A DNA stretch of 64,000 nt from Pseudomonadota bacterium (GCA_043806755.1 JAZDGS010000051.1:4546-68545); one strand, 5' to 3'; counted from the first letter of the stretch, positions 39,341 to 50,785 are shown. Notes: generated by a model not told the origin, from the sequence alone. Numbers and translations are program-made.

Positions 39341-40489
39341 TTATACCCCCTTTCCCTGAATCACTCTAAGTACGTTCCTAATATCGGTGGGCGTAATGAA
39401 CGAACCGTCTATCCGGTTTGCCAGAAATACCTTTTCTGGCTCGTCAACCGCCAATTTGACGCTCTGGAGGGCCTGCCCCATATTCATTTCCACCACCAAT
39501 ACGAATCGGGCATTCCGGCAGACATCCCGAACAGCGTCAAAGGGGAACGGCCACAGGGTCTGCAGCTCCAGGAGCCCCAACCGCTCTCCCCTGGGCCGCC
39601 GGTTTTGAACCACATGCAAAGCGCTCCTCGCGCTCGATCCATAGGAGATCAAAACCACTTCCGCATCGTCCAAGTCATATTTCTTAAACCGGGTGATCCG
39701 GTTGGTATTGTTATTGATCTTGTCCATCAAATGGCGAAGAAGCCCCTGAACGACTCCGGGGTTGCTGGAGGGGAATCCCCACATGTCATGGAACAGCCCC
39801 GTCACGTTGTACCGGTGCACACCCCCGAAGTCCGACATGGGGAGCCGTCCATCTTCCCGGGGCAGATACGGATGGTAATCCACCCCTTCTTTTACGGATG
39901 TGCGCAGTCTATGAACCAGCGGGACTTCATCTTTTTCGGGCATGATCAGCCGCTCACGCATGTGCGCCACCACCTCATCAAACAGCAGAATCACGGGCGT
40001 CCGGTAGGTTTCAGCCAGATTGAACGCTTCCACGGTCATCAGGAATACGTCCTGATGATTTGAGGCGGTCAATGCAATGATGGCATGGTCTCCATGGGTT
40101 CCCCATCGCGCCTGATTCACATCTCCCTGAGATACGCTGGTCGGAAGCCCCGTGGATGGCCCCCCCCGCTGGACATTCACGATCACGCACGGAATTTCCG
40201 CCATGATTGCATATCCCAGTGCTTCCTGCATCAGGGAGAAACCGGGCCCGCTGGTGGCGGTCATCACCTTATGGCCGGCAAGAGACGCTCCGATGATAGC
40301 GCACACGGATGCGATTTCATCCTCCATCTGAATGAACTTTCCCCCGATTTTTGGGAGCCGGAAAGACAGTTGTTCGGCAATCTCCGTTGATGGTGTGATA
40401 GGATACCCGGCAAAAAAATCCAGGCCGGCATATAGTGCCCCCTCCACGCATGCTTCGTTTCCCTGCAGAAATAAAACCTTTTTTTCCAT
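39341..40489 (-). CDS. korA: 2-oxoglutarate:ferredoxin oxidoreductase alpha subunit
   Basis: 382 aa, ..GNEACVEGALYAGLDFFAGYPITPSTEI... Confidence 0.9.
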   Translation of the reverse strand: MEKKVLFLQGNEACVEGALYAGLDFFAGYPITPSTEIAEQLSFRLPKIGGKFIQMEDEIASVCAIIGASLAGHKVMTATSGPGFSLMQEALGYAIMAEIPCVIVNVQRGGPSTGLPTSVSQGDVNQARWGTHGDHAIIALTASNHQDVFLMTVEAFNLAETYRTPVILLFDEVVAHMRERLIMPEKDEVPLVHRLRTSVKEGVDYHPYLPREDGRLPMSDFGGVHRYNVTGLFHDMWGFPSSNPGVVQGLLRHLMDKINNNTNRITRFKKYDLDDAEVVLISYGSSARSALHVVQNRRPRGERLGLLELQTLWPFPFDAVRDVCRNARFVLVVEMNMGQALQSVKLAVDEPEKVFLANRIDGSFITPTDIRNVLRVIQGKGV

Positions 40490-40498
40490 TTCAGATCC

Positions 40499-40702
40499 TT
40501 ATTCCATCTCGACTTTAATGGCGAGGTCCGGGCATCTTAGTTCGCAGAGCTGACAGCAGATGCAGTCTTTTGCCCTTGCCACAACAACCTTCTCTTTTTC
40601 ATCGAGCTCAAGAACGCTTTTCGGGCAAAATGCAATGCAAATCCCGCACCCTTTGCACCAGTCAAAATTAATGACATGCTCTTTTAGTTTTGGCTTGGCC
40701 AT
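40499..40702 (-). CDS. korD: 2-oxoacid:ferredoxin oxidoreductase delta subunit (2x[4Fe-4S] ferredoxin)
   Basis: 67 aa, CKGCGICIAFCP and CICCQLCELRCP. Confidence 0.8.
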   Translation of the reverse strand: MAKPKLKEHVINFDWCKGCGICIAFCPKSVLELDEKEKVVVARAKDCICCQLCELRCPDLAIKVEME

Positions 40703-40760
40703 ATATACCCTTTCACCGTTTTTTGCGCATCAAACCCCATCCTGCGGACCCGGCCATCTC

Positions 40761-43508
40761 TCATGTTTTCGTTAAGATTTTTCTCAATACGAAGGGGAGG
40801 ATGCCTCCGTTTAGGAAATACTCGACCTCTACAACCGTATCGAGGCGCGCTATGGTTTCAAACCGTATTTCTTTTCCGTCTTCTTTTATCGCCTTAACCG
40901 TAAGTCTTTTCCTTGGCTTCATCTCTTTAATATCTGAAATATGATATTCTTCAGATCCGTCGAGTCCGATCTTTTCCGGGGTTTCATTTTCCAGAAACAT
41001 CAACGGAAGGACGCCCATTCCGACGAGATTGCTCCGATGGATCCGTTCATAAGATTTCGCAATAACCGCCTTGACCCCCAGAAGGGATGTCCCCTTGGCA
41101 GCCCAGTCCCTTGATGAGCCGGTTCCGTATTCCTTCCCCGCAAAAATCAAGAGTGGCACCCCCTCCCTTTGATAGGCCTTTGAAGCTTCGAAGATAAACA
41201 TCTGTGTTTTTTCAGGGTATTTGGTCGTGTACCCCCCTTCTTTCGGGCTTGCCAGGCGGTTTTTAAGCCGGATATTTCCAAACGTTCCCCGAACCATGAC
41301 TTCATGATTGCCTCTCCGGGCACCGTAGGAATTAAAATCTGACGGCTTTACGTTTTCCTCTTTCAAGTACCGTCCGGCAGGATAGGCTTCCGGAATGGCT
41401 CCGGCAGGTGAAATGTGGTCGGTAGTCACCGACTCGCCGACCCAAACAAGGGCTCTTCCTTTTTCCAGATCCGACGGAAAACCGTGCCGAAGGGTAACAT
41501 CGTCAAAGTAGGGGGGTTTTTTTATATATGTGGATTCGTTGTCCCAAAGGAAGGTCTTACTTTCCGTCACATCAAGATTTTTCCAAAATTCGTCACCCTC
41601 GAAAATACACCCGTACTCTTTTTTATAAAAAACCCGCTTCAGATTTTTTCCCACGATTTCCCGGACTTCATCCGCGCCGGGCCAGATTTCGTCAAGATAA
41701 ACCGGATTCCCGTTCGGATCGACCCCAACCGGCTCCGTGGTCAAGTCAATGTCGATCCTTCCGGCTATGGCAAAGCCGACCACCAGCATGGGAGATGCCA
41801 GAAAATTGGCCTTGACGCTCTGATGAATCCGGGCCTCAAAGTTCCGGTTTCCTGAAAGAACCGCCGCCACGGTCAAATCATGGTCTGATATCACCTTCTC
41901 GATTTCAGTATGCAACGGGCCGCTGTTTCCGATACACGTCGTGCACCCGAACCCTGCCACATGAAAACCGAGCGCTTCGAAATAGGGCATTAAACCGGAA
42001 TCGTCCAGGTATCGTTTCACCACTTTTGAACCCGGAGCCAGGGATGTTTTCACTGCAGGGGGGACTCGAAGCCCCCTTTCAACCGCCTTTTTGGCGAGCA
42101 GGCCGGCTCCCACAAGAAGGTCCGGATTGGAAGTATTGGTGCATGAGGTTATGGCGGCAATGACGACGCTTCCATCCCCGATACGATCTTTCTTTCCGTT
42201 CAGGTCGACCTCGTGCATCCTCTGGCTGATGGGCCGACAAGTGGATGCCCGCACTGTTTTGCTCCCTGACTCATGATGGAATTGAGACAGTTGCGCAAGA
42301 TCCGTATCCCGGTCGTATCGACACCCCAGAATCCCGGCAAACGTTTGCTTTAAATCGATTATCTCAATCCGATCCTGGGGCCTTGCCGGTCCGGCCACCG
42401 ACCGTCGCACCGACGACAGGTCGATCTCAAGGACTTCCGTGTAATCCGGTGTATCGGCTTCAACATAAAAAAGGCCCAACGCTCTGGAATACGCCTCCGC
42501 AACCCGAGCCCTCTCCGCGCGATTGGTGAGCCTAAGGTAATCAATGGTTTTTTCGTCGATAGGAAAAAAACTGACCGTGGCGCCGTTTTCCGGGGTCATG
42601 TTGGCGATGGTTGCCCGCTCCGGAACCGTAAGCGTTTTAATCCCCGGACCGAAATACTCCACGAACGTATCGACCACGCCCTTTTGCCTCAAAAGCTCGG
42701 TGATCATCAACACCAGATCCGTCGCCGTCACCCCTTCCTTCAGCCTGCCAAGCAGTCTGACGCCGATGACCTCGGGGATGGTCATATAATATGGTTGCCC
42801 CAACATGACCCCCTCAGCCTCGATGCCGCCGACCCCCCATCCCAATACGCCGATTCCGTTGATCATCGTGGTATGCGAATCGGTCCCCACCAGAGTGTCG
42901 GGATAGGCGATGATTTGTCGTTTGGATTTTTCCGTCATAACCACTCTTCCCAGGTATTCCAGATTGACCTGATGGCAAATTCCGGAATTAGGGGGGACCA
43001 CTTTTAGGTTTCGGAAGCTTTTTTGTGCCCATTTGAGAAGCGCATACCGCTCGCGGTTCCGTTCATACTCCTTGGTCACATTTTGATGAATGGCATTCAA
43101 CGTTCCGAAATAATCCACCTGAACCGAATGATCGATGACAAGCTCCGTCGGGACCAGGGGGTTGACCAGCTCCGGATCCTTTTTTAAGTCCCTGACCGCA
43201 TCCCGCATGGCGGCAAGGTCCACAATTGCCGGGACTCCGGTGAAGTCCTGCATGAGCACTCTGGATGGATGAAACGGGATCTCAACCGGCGTGTCATATC
43301 GCCCTTTCCATCCGGCGATATTCAACAGGTCTGCTTCTCTGACCACGTTTCCATCCAGTTTTCTCAACAGGTTTTCTACCAGTATCTTGATTGAAAGCGG
43401 AAGCCCTTGAATCCTTGCAATCCCCTTTTTTTCCAGCAATTGGATGTCAAAGATGGTCAGTTTACGGCTTCCCACAAGGATTTCCCTCATGAAATCCTCT
43501 TTTTTCAT
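40761..43508 (-). CDS. acnA: Aconitate hydratase A
   Basis: 915 aa, ..VGTDSHTTMINGIGVLGWGVGGIEAE.., ..ITSCTNTSNP.., ..GCTTCIGNSG.. (cluster ligands), ..GSSRDWAAKG... Confidence 0.95.
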   Translation of the reverse strand: MKKEDFMREILVGSRKLTIFDIQLLEKKGIARIQGLPLSIKILVENLLRKLDGNVVREADLLNIAGWKGRYDTPVEIPFHPSRVLMQDFTGVPAIVDLAAMRDAVRDLKKDPELVNPLVPTELVIDHSVQVDYFGTLNAIHQNVTKEYERNRERYALLKWAQKSFRNLKVVPPNSGICHQVNLEYLGRVVMTEKSKRQIIAYPDTLVGTDSHTTMINGIGVLGWGVGGIEAEGVMLGQPYYMTIPEVIGVRLLGRLKEGVTATDLVLMITELLRQKGVVDTFVEYFGPGIKTLTVPERATIANMTPENGATVSFFPIDEKTIDYLRLTNRAERARVAEAYSRALGLFYVEADTPDYTEVLEIDLSSVRRSVAGPARPQDRIEIIDLKQTFAGILGCRYDRDTDLAQLSQFHHESGSKTVRASTCRPISQRMHEVDLNGKKDRIGDGSVVIAAITSCTNTSNPDLLVGAGLLAKKAVERGLRVPPAVKTSLAPGSKVVKRYLDDSGLMPYFEALGFHVAGFGCTTCIGNSGPLHTEIEKVISDHDLTVAAVLSGNRNFEARIHQSVKANFLASPMLVVGFAIAGRIDIDLTTEPVGVDPNGNPVYLDEIWPGADEVREIVGKNLKRVFYKKEYGCIFEGDEFWKNLDVTESKTFLWDNESTYIKKPPYFDDVTLRHGFPSDLEKGRALVWVGESVTTDHISPAGAIPEAYPAGRYLKEENVKPSDFNSYGARRGNHEVMVRGTFGNIRLKNRLASPKEGGYTTKYPEKTQMFIFEASKAYQREGVPLLIFAGKEYGTGSSRDWAAKGTSLLGVKAVIAKSYERIHRSNLVGMGVLPLMFLENETPEKIGLDGSEEYHISDIKEMKPRKRLTVKAIKEDGKEIRFETIARLDTVVEVEYFLNGGILPFVLRKILTKT

Positions 43509-43536
43509 TTTTCCTCCCTATCCAACTCAAAACAGA

Positions 43537-43583
43537 ATAGCCAGAGGCTATCAAAAGCGGATCGCTTGTCCGCCTCTGGCGGG
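43537..43583. repeat. Pair of REP-like hairpins (A-type and B-type) upstream of acnA
   Basis: ATAGCC-AGAG-GCTAT (43537-43551) and CCGCC-TCT-GGCGG (43570-43582, flanked by CTTGT). Each is the inverse of the copy at 59757-59798. Confidence 0.5.
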
Positions 43584-43774
43584 TTGGCACCATCGTCTCT
43601 CCAATCAAAGACCATAGGACCCATTGGGTATCAACTCCAATCTCCTCTCCGACGCCGACCCTTGACACTCTTTATGGGCTTCTGTATGGTTTTGGACCAC
43701 ATCTGAATGCAGGATCTTTTACCACAGGTTAACGAATAAATACAGTTCCATTTATCGTCTTAAAGGATTCCAAA

Positions 43775-44289
43775 ATGGATATTCGATCGGAACGGTTTAA
43801 ATACCTTGCTCCCGGCGAACGGATACTCATGGGCCCGGCCCGAGTTCGGTTCCGGCAAGGACTTTACAGGCCATGGCTGCCCCGTGCATCGGTCATCTCG
43901 ATCCCTATTTTTTGACGATCATGGACGAAACCCAGGAATTGCTGAGATATTTGTTTCAGACTCAAAATCGATTGACCATCCCCGTCTCCGGGACCGGAAG
44001 CGCCGGCATGGAAGCCTGCTTGGTCAACCTGGTGGAACGCGGCGACGAGGTCATGATATGCGTCAACGGGGTCTTCGGCACCCGGATGGCCGATATCGTG
44101 AATCGGATCGGCGGCGGGTTGGGCGAATTTGCCGGCAAGGTCTGGCGGGTCGGATTGATGGGGCATTCCTGCACCCAGCGAAATATTTTCCTGTTTCTGG
44201 CAGCGCTCGAAACCGTGCTTAGACAAGAGGGGTTCAACGTGAAACCGGACGCCGTTTCAGCAGCCGGCGCCGTTTATGATGAGAAGTGA
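43775..44289 (+). pseudogene. Class-V (AGXT/serine-pyruvate type) aminotransferase remnant: frameshifted and internally deleted
   Basis: From ATG 43775 the frame reads [21 protein letters not shown]. The expected ..[25 protein letters not shown].. continues in another frame, consistent with one missing G in GGCCCGGCCCGAG near 43835-43840. The downstream ORF (43873..44289) joins ..[18 protein letters not shown] directly to the C-terminal ..[13 protein letters not shown]...AALE.. block. About 200 aa, including the PLP-lysine region, are therefore missing. Confidence 0.7.
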
Positions 44290-46409
44290 TTTTTTACCGT
44301 CGGAACCGACGTTGTTTTATCCAGCATTTCCCTGATCTTTTTCAATAACGCGCTGATGTTAAACGGCTTTCCAATAAATGCAGCCGTGCCGGAAGTCGTG
44401 GCGGCGGTGAGCTTCTCATCGGACAGATAACCGCTGGCGATAATAATCTTTACGTGTGAATTGATCCGGGTCAATTCATTCAGGCACCTGTATCCGCCCA
44501 TCCCCGGCATATTCAGATCCAGGATGACCAGATCAACAGCATCTTTTTTCCTTCGATAAATGTCGACGGCTTTTTCTCCGCTGTCCGCCAAAAGGATTTT
44601 ATACCCGAAACGCTCCAGAAGGGATTCACCGATCTCCCGGATGGCTTCCTCGTCATCTACCAGAAGAATGGTTTCATTTCCTTTGGGAATTTCCTCATTA
44701 TCGATTGCCTCGGTTCCGTCGCTTTCGCTTTCAATCCCAAGTATCGGGAAGTAGATTTTAAAGCATGTTCCACGACCCACATCGCTTTCACAGGTGATGT
44801 AACCACCATGATTTTTAACAATTCCGTAGACCATGGCCAGCCCGAGACCGGTCCCCTTTCCCGTCTCCTTGGTAGTAAAAAAGGGCTCAAAGATGTGCTT
44901 AAGAATCTCTTGATGCATCCCGCACCCCGTATCCTCCACGGAAAGGAGAACATACTCACCCGGTACAGAGCCCAGATTTTTTTTGCAAAAATCCTCTGTC
45001 AACCGGGTGCTCTTTGTGCTTATTATCAGTCCGCCGCCGTCAGACATGGCATCTCTGGCGTTCACCCCCAGGTTCATGATGATCTGTTCGAGCTGAACCG
45101 GATCGGCATTAATCACCGGAAGACGATCTGTCAGATCTGTTTCAATCCGGATCATCTTGGGGATGGTCCGCTCCAAAAGCGTGCAAACGCCTTCAATTTC
45201 ATGGTTCAGATCAACGGGCCTCAGCTTCGCCTCCACTTTTCTTCCGAAAATGAGCAGCCTCTGGGTCAGATCCCGCGCTCTTTGTGCGGATTTCTCAATC
45301 GCCTGAAGTTTCGAATAATCCGGATCTTTTTGCGTCTTGTCCATCATCAGGAGTTGAGTAAACCCCGAAACAGCCTGAAGAATATTATTGAAATCATGGG
45401 CCAATCCGCCGGCCAGAGTACCGATCGCCTCCATTTTATGGGCCTGCATGAGCTGGGCTTCCAGGCCCTTCTTTTCCGAAATATCCCTAAGCGTCACGAG
45501 CATCCCTGCCGGTCTCCCATCGTGATGATGATACCGGGATGCGCTGATACTCACATCCAGAATGCGACCATCCTTGGTGTACCGTTTGGTTTCATAACCA
45601 TGACAGGGTGTACCGTTTTCGATAAGATTCCTGATAATGGCTAAAGAAGTCTCCTTTTCGGATTCAGGAACAAATGGAACCCGTTTTCCCATTACCTCTT
45701 CAGTAGTCCAGCCGAAAATCCGGGAAAAAGACGGGCTAATATATTGGGCGTTTCCTGACATATCGTAAATAACGACAGCATCGGCTGACGAATGGATGAG
45801 CGATTGGTAAAGATCCTGGGCTTTTTTGGTTTCTTCATAGAGCTCCCGATATTTGAGCTCGCTATCCCTTAAGGCCCGCTCGGCTTTTCTGAGATCCGAA
45901 ATATCCCTGTAAAGGCCGTAGGCGCCGACGACTTTCCCATCAATGATCACGGGAACTCCGAAAAACTCCACATCCGCGAGGCTCCCGTCTTTTTTCAGCC
46001 GCATGCCGGATCCATGTATCGATTCGCCTCCCATGGTTTTTTTGGAATAAGAAAAGGCCTCATTGAAATGGGCCGGGGTTGCCACCACGTCGTCAAGCGA
46101 TAGGCCTTTCAGTTCCGACTCTCTATATTGAAAGAGCGTTTCGAAGGCCTGATTGCATGAAATGATGCTATTGTTTTCGTCAAGATGGACGATGGCCAGC
46201 AAATTGTGGTTGACCAACGATTCGAGGTTCCGCTTTTCATGCCTTAAGCGCTCCTCGGTCCGTTTTCTTTCTTCAATCTCTTTCTGAAGTCTTGTTTCGA
46301 GTTGTTTTCCGCTTAAGATCTGTTCCTCAAGATTTTTTACCTTTGTCGTCAGATCCTCGCGAGACATTGATGGAGTCATCGGCGAGAGTCCTTCCTGATT
46401 GATTGCCAT
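44274..46409 (-). CDS. Hybrid sensor histidine kinase (coiled coil, PAS domains, HisKA, HATPase_c, C-terminal REC)
   Basis: 711 aa with the H-box ..[13 protein letters not shown].. and the N/G boxes ..[10 protein letters not shown].., ..DTGCGM.., ..[11 protein letters not shown]... The receiver reads ILLVDDEE...[11 protein letters not shown]... Confidence 0.85.
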   Translation of the reverse strand: MAINQEGLSPMTPSMSREDLTTKVKNLEEQILSGKQLETRLQKEIEERKRTEERLRHEKRNLESLVNHNLLAIVHLDENNSIISCNQAFETLFQYRESELKGLSLDDVVATPAHFNEAFSYSKKTMGGESIHGSGMRLKKDGSLADVEFFGVPVIIDGKVVGAYGLYRDISDLRKAERALRDSELKYRELYEETKKAQDLYQSLIHSSADAVVIYDMSGNAQYISPSFSRIFGWTTEEVMGKRVPFVPESEKETSLAIIRNLIENGTPCHGYETKRYTKDGRILDVSISASRYHHHDGRPAGMLVTLRDISEKKGLEAQLMQAHKMEAIGTLAGGLAHDFNNILQAVSGFTQLLMMDKTQKDPDYSKLQAIEKSAQRARDLTQRLLIFGRKVEAKLRPVDLNHEIEGVCTLLERTIPKMIRIETDLTDRLPVINADPVQLEQIIMNLGVNARDAMSDGGGLIISTKSTRLTEDFCKKNLGSVPGEYVLLSVEDTGCGMHQEILKHIFEPFFTTKETGKGTGLGLAMVYGIVKNHGGYITCESDVGRGTCFKIYFPILGIESESDGTEAIDNEEIPKGNETILLVDDEEAIREIGESLLERFGYKILLADSGEKAVDIYRRKKDAVDLVILDLNMPGMGGYRCLNELTRINSHVKIIIASGYLSDEKLTAATTSGTAAFIGKPFNISALLKKIREMLDKTTSVPTVKNHFSS

Positions 46410-46482
46410 ATTTTATAAATCCGATAGGTTATGAGCACTTTGTTTTAAGTGATGCATTGATAACCGGATTTTTTAATCCGAT

Positions 46483-47709
46483 TTATCTGAAATTTTCCAT
46501 AATGGCTTTTGCAAACGCCGAACATTTCAATTCGGTAGCCCCGCTCATCTGTCTGGCCAGATCATATGTCACCCGTTTTTGACGGACGGTTTTTTGAAGA
46601 CCTTTCCGGATACGGACCGCCGCCTCCTTCCACCCCAAAAACTCGAGCATCATCACGCCGGACAGGATCAGGGATCCCGGATTCACCTTATCCTGATCAG
46701 CATATTTCGGAGCGGTTCCATGGGTCGCTTCGAAAACGGCATATCCGTCGCCGATATTGGCACCCGGCGCCATGCCGAGCCCTCCGACCATTGCGGCAAG
46801 CGCATCCGACATGTAGTCCCCGTTCAAATTCGGCATGGCGAGGATATCGCATTCATCGGGTCTTAGCAAAATCTGCTGGAACATGGCATCAGCGATCCGG
46901 TCTTTGACGACGATCTTTCCGGCAGGAACCTTCCCGTTATAACGGTTCAGCAAATCCTCTTCGGTGATAATGCTCTCTCCGAACTCCTCAAGCGCCACTT
47001 CGTATCCCCAATTCCGAAAGGCTCCTTCAGTGTATTTCATTATGTTTCCCTTGTGGACCATGGTGACGCTTTTCCTGCTGTTTTCAATAGCAAAGGAAAT
47101 CGCCATCTGCACCAGCCGGCGGGTCCCGAACCGGCTCATCGGCTTGAGCCCGATCCCCGAGCCCTGACGTATCGGTTTTCCGGTTTCATGTTGAACCAGG
47201 TCGATGATCTTTTTTGCCATCGGGGAATCGGCTTCCCATTCAAGGCCCGTATATACATCTTCGGTATTTTCCCGAAAGACCACCATGTCGACTTTCTCAG
47301 GATGCCGGATAGGGCTGGGTATGCCGCGAATGTAGGTGATAGGCCGCACACAGCCGTATAGATCCAGTTCCTGGCGCAAGGCCACATTAATGCTGCGGAT
47401 TCCCTTTCCGACCGGTGTGGTCAGCGGCCCTTTGATGGCGATCCGGTGGTTTTTAATCATTTCCAGCGTTTCGGCCGGCAACCAGGTGCCGGTGTGCCGG
47501 AACGCTTTTTCTCCGGCCAATGCTTCCACCCACTCGATTTTTCGGCTGGAACCATAGGCATGGAAAACCGCTCCGTCCAGAACCATGCGGGTTGCCTTCC
47601 AGATATCCGGCCCAGTGCCATCCCCCTCGATATAGGGGATTTCGGGGTAATCGGGAATGACAAATCCGTTCTCTTTGGAATAAGTGATCACTTTTTTCGA
47701 TTCATCCAT
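46483..47709 (-). CDS. icd: Isocitrate dehydrogenase (NADP-dependent, homodimeric type)
   Basis: ..[14 protein letters not shown].., ..IKGPLTTP.., ..[10 protein letters not shown]... I prefer ATG 47709, which has AAGGAG 5 nt upstream inside the end of the LarA-like gene, over the track's GTG 47715. Confidence 0.95.
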   Translation of the reverse strand: MDESKKVITYSKENGFVIPDYPEIPYIEGDGTGPDIWKATRMVLDGAVFHAYGSSRKIEWVEALAGEKAFRHTGTWLPAETLEMIKNHRIAIKGPLTTPVGKGIRSINVALRQELDLYGCVRPITYIRGIPSPIRHPEKVDMVVFRENTEDVYTGLEWEADSPMAKKIIDLVQHETGKPIRQGSGIGLKPMSRFGTRRLVQMAISFAIENSRKSVTMVHKGNIMKYTEGAFRNWGYEVALEEFGESIITEEDLLNRYNGKVPAGKIVVKDRIADAMFQQILLRPDECDILAMPNLNGDYMSDALAAMVGGLGMAPGANIGDGYAVFEATHGTAPKYADQDKVNPGSLILSGVMMLEFLGWKEAAVRIRKGLQKTVRQKRVTYDLARQMSGATELKCSAFAKAIMENFR

Positions 47710-47711
47710 CT

Positions 47712-49013
47712 TCACTCCTTCTCAGTATGATCAACCGCCCGGTGCGATATTAAAAGCGGTCTATAATCAATCCCAGGTCCGACATTAACCAGCAAACCGG
47801 CGTTGGGAAGCACGGCCATCGACCCGCTCAATTGCTTCACCAATTCCTCAGCCTGACCCTTGCGGATTTTTCGGATTCCTATTTTCCGGCAGATCGAATC
47901 ATCCATATCCGTGACCATGCAGATCGTGACTCGATCGACCTTCGACATCATGGAGAGCGCTGTCCCTCCGTTTCCTTCATACGCATCAGCAAGTCTTCGG
48001 AACGCGCCTTCAAAGCCGCCGAGTTCAAACCAGGGCAAAAACGTCTTGGAACCGACTCCGTCCGGACATCTCGCCAAAATAACTATTGTTCCGCCATCTC
48101 TGGCAAATTTCGCTGCATTTTCAATGGCTTTGTGCGCCTGGATAAAGTTGATATCTTTCGGATGCCCTCCGCATGAAGCGACAACCAGATCAAATGTGTG
48201 ATCGCTTCCGATCTCACAGTTTTTTCCATGCTCTGCGCACGCTGCCAAGAAATGACTTCTCCCCCGGCCGACCCGGATATCAGACACCCTTCCCTTGTCA
48301 TCTAAAATACCATGCAGCGCCAGGTGTGCTGAAAACCGGTCTTCAATTTCATCCAGGTCTTCGGCAACCGGATTCCCCGGCAAAAGGCCGGGTCGGCATT
48401 CGGCGACCAGTTTCATGTTTGTTTTGTCCAGAAACAATCCATGGTTTAGATAAATGGATTTGCGCAGCCCCAGACCCGGAAAAATCAGCTTTCTCCCTCC
48501 TCCGTAACCGGCAAAATAATGGTGGGATATGGCTCCAAATGTGACAACAAATGTTGATTTTAACAGGTCTTTCCGAAGGGTGATAGGCGTTCCCCGCGAT
48601 GTCCTTCCGAGTTCTTTGAAAAGTTTTTCGTCCCTGAAATCATGGTGTATAAACGCATATCGACGGTATGTTTCTCCATAGGCGCCAAGGCTCTCCTGTT
48701 GAGTCTGAACCCCGTGGGTCCCATAGGCGATATAAATACGAATGCAACCGGATGCGGCCCCGACCTTTTCCAGCCCCTGAAGCAGTAACGGAAGAAAAAC
48801 CGGATAATCGCATAGACGGGTCTTGTCCGAAATCACCACGGCAGTACGCGAAAAATCCGGCTGCAGTGACTCAAGCGTACGGTGCAGTCTGAGCAGGAAG
48901 GTCTTTTTGGTTATTTTCAACGGCGGGTTTCGGATATCGAAAATCTCGGCATGGGCCGGCATTTCAACGGAAAAGTGCTGCGTTCCATATTTGAGGTTCA
49001 ATTGTTTCTGCAT
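47712..49013 (-). CDS. LarA-like (lactate racemase family / DUF2088) protein
   Basis: 433 aa, ..[13 protein letters not shown].. and ..[21 protein letters not shown].., matching the LarA substrate/NPN-cofactor-binding motifs as I recall them. The stop is 2 nt before the icd ATG. Confidence 0.75.
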   Translation of the reverse strand: MQKQLNLKYGTQHFSVEMPAHAEIFDIRNPPLKITKKTFLLRLHRTLESLQPDFSRTAVVISDKTRLCDYPVFLPLLLQGLEKVGAASGCIRIYIAYGTHGVQTQQESLGAYGETYRRYAFIHHDFRDEKLFKELGRTSRGTPITLRKDLLKSTFVVTFGAISHHYFAGYGGGRKLIFPGLGLRKSIYLNHGLFLDKTNMKLVAECRPGLLPGNPVAEDLDEIEDRFSAHLALHGILDDKGRVSDIRVGRGRSHFLAACAEHGKNCEIGSDHTFDLVVASCGGHPKDINFIQAHKAIENAAKFARDGGTIVILARCPDGVGSKTFLPWFELGGFEGAFRRLADAYEGNGGTALSMMSKVDRVTICMVTDMDDSICRKIGIRKIRKGQAEELVKQLSGSMAVLPNAGLLVNVGPGIDYRPLLISHRAVDHTEKE

Positions 49014-49044
49014 GCCAACCTTTTAAAAGCATTTACTATTATTC

Positions 49045-50577
49045 TCAATGGAGCGCCCCCACCGCCTCTTCCACTTCCGCAATCATTTTTCCGCTCCTGA
49101 TTAATTCCACCATCGACCCGATATCATGGGACAAGACTCGATCTGTTTCAAGGTGACGGACGGCTTTCCGGATGATCCGATACGCTTTCAGGGTCCCTTT
49201 CCCCGGCTTTAAGTTGGTAAACAGGTCCATTGCCTGGGCGGCACATAAAAGCTCTATTGCGATAACATGTTCGGCGTTTTTCACGATTTGCCGGCTTTTT
49301 CTGGCTGAAATGGCTCCCATGGACACATGATCTTCTTTATTTGCCGACGTCGGTATGGAATCCACACACGCCGGATGCGACAGGACTTTGTTTTCCGATA
49401 CCAGGGCGGCAGCCGTGTACTGGGCGATCATAAATCCGGAGTTCAGCCCCCCGTCGCTCACCAGAAAGGCCGGAAGCCCGCTCAACTGGGGATTCACCAA
49501 TCGCTCAATCCGACGTTCGGAAATGTTGGCCAGTTCCGAAACCCCTATACAAAGAAAATCCAGGGCGGTAGCGATCGGCTGGCCGTGGAAGTTGCCTCCC
49601 AGTAAAAATTCCCGGGTGTCTGAAAAGATGATGGGGTTGCATGTCGATCCGTTCATCTCGATTTTCAGAACGTTTTTAACATAATTGATGACATCCCGGC
49701 TGGCTCCGTGTACCTGGGGTGAACAGCGGAGGGTATACGCATCCTGAACCCGATGGCAATCCTTATGAGATGAAATGATTTCACTTTTTTTTGTGATGCG
49801 AAACAGGTTGTCGGCGGAAACACCCTGGCCGGGATGAGGTCTGACCTGATGGATACGGGGGTCGAATTCAGTCCTGCTTCCCATCAACACTTCCAAACTC
49901 ATTGCGGCGGCGATGTCTGCTGTTTTAGCCAGTCGAACGGCATCATAAAGTGCCAGTGCACCGATGGCCGTCATGACCTGGGTCCCGTTCACCAATGCCA
50001 ACCCTTCTCCTGCCTGAAGCTCGATGGGTTGAAGACCGCATGCATCGAGCGCCTCCCGGCCGGATATTCGCTTTCCCCGGAACAACGCCTCTCCCATTCC
50101 GATGAGAACCAAAGCGAGATGCGCCAATGGCGCCAGGTCGCCGCTGGCACCAACCGATCCTTGCTCCGGAACGATTGGGCAGACATCGGCATTCACGAGT
50201 TCAATGAGCCGGTCAACGGTTTCGGGCCGGATTCCCGAGTACCCCTTTGCCAGATCGTTGATCCGAAGCGCCATTACCGCCCGCACCGTTTCCTTCTCCA
50301 GCGGTTCGCCGACACCCGCGGCATGGCTCATGAGAATATTTTTCTGGAGTTGCCGCGTCTCCTCTCTGGAGATGATAATGTCGCTAAGGGCTCCAAAACC
50401 CGTGGTAATTCCGTAGATGATCTCTCCGTTAGCTACCCATTTGTCGACCAGACGGCGGGACTTTTCGATCCGGCCTCTTCCCTTTTTGGAAAGGCTCACC
50501 TGTGCGTGGTTCCGGGCAATATCGGCAAGCGTTTCAAGGGTTAACTCGTTCTCTCCAAACACAACGGCCTTTTTCAT
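49045..50577 (-). CDS. hutH: Histidine ammonia-lyase family enzyme (MIO-dependent)
   Basis: ..YGITTGFG.., ..NILMSHAAGVG.. (the Ser-His pair typical of HAL rather than PAL/TAL) and ..GSVGASGDLAPLAHL.. (the Ala-Ser-Gly MIO triad). I start it at ATG 50577 (MKKAVVFG), which has AAGGA upstream. Confidence 0.85.
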   Translation of the reverse strand: MKKAVVFGENELTLETLADIARNHAQVSLSKKGRGRIEKSRRLVDKWVANGEIIYGITTGFGALSDIIISREETRQLQKNILMSHAAGVGEPLEKETVRAVMALRINDLAKGYSGIRPETVDRLIELVNADVCPIVPEQGSVGASGDLAPLAHLALVLIGMGEALFRGKRISGREALDACGLQPIELQAGEGLALVNGTQVMTAIGALALYDAVRLAKTADIAAAMSLEVLMGSRTEFDPRIHQVRPHPGQGVSADNLFRITKKSEIISSHKDCHRVQDAYTLRCSPQVHGASRDVINYVKNVLKIEMNGSTCNPIIFSDTREFLLGGNFHGQPIATALDFLCIGVSELANISERRIERLVNPQLSGLPAFLVSDGGLNSGFMIAQYTAAALVSENKVLSHPACVDSIPTSANKEDHVSMGAISARKSRQIVKNAEHVIAIELLCAAQAMDLFTNLKPGKGTLKAYRIIRKAVRHLETDRVLSHDIGSMVELIRSGKMIAEVEEAVGALH

Positions 50578-50785
50578 GCCATATCCTTTTTTAATCTGCC
50601 GTTTTTTTTCTTTTCCCCTTGTCTTCAAACGGATTGGGAGTAAGGCCTTAACTTATTACATGTGGATCCCTTAATTCAAGAGTTCTTCATGCTCTTTCTT
50701 TTTTCCATCCACCGCAATAAGGCGAAGGGTCATTTGACTTATCGGTTCCAAAAAGATAAATTTTAAATATAAGGAGAAAAAAACG

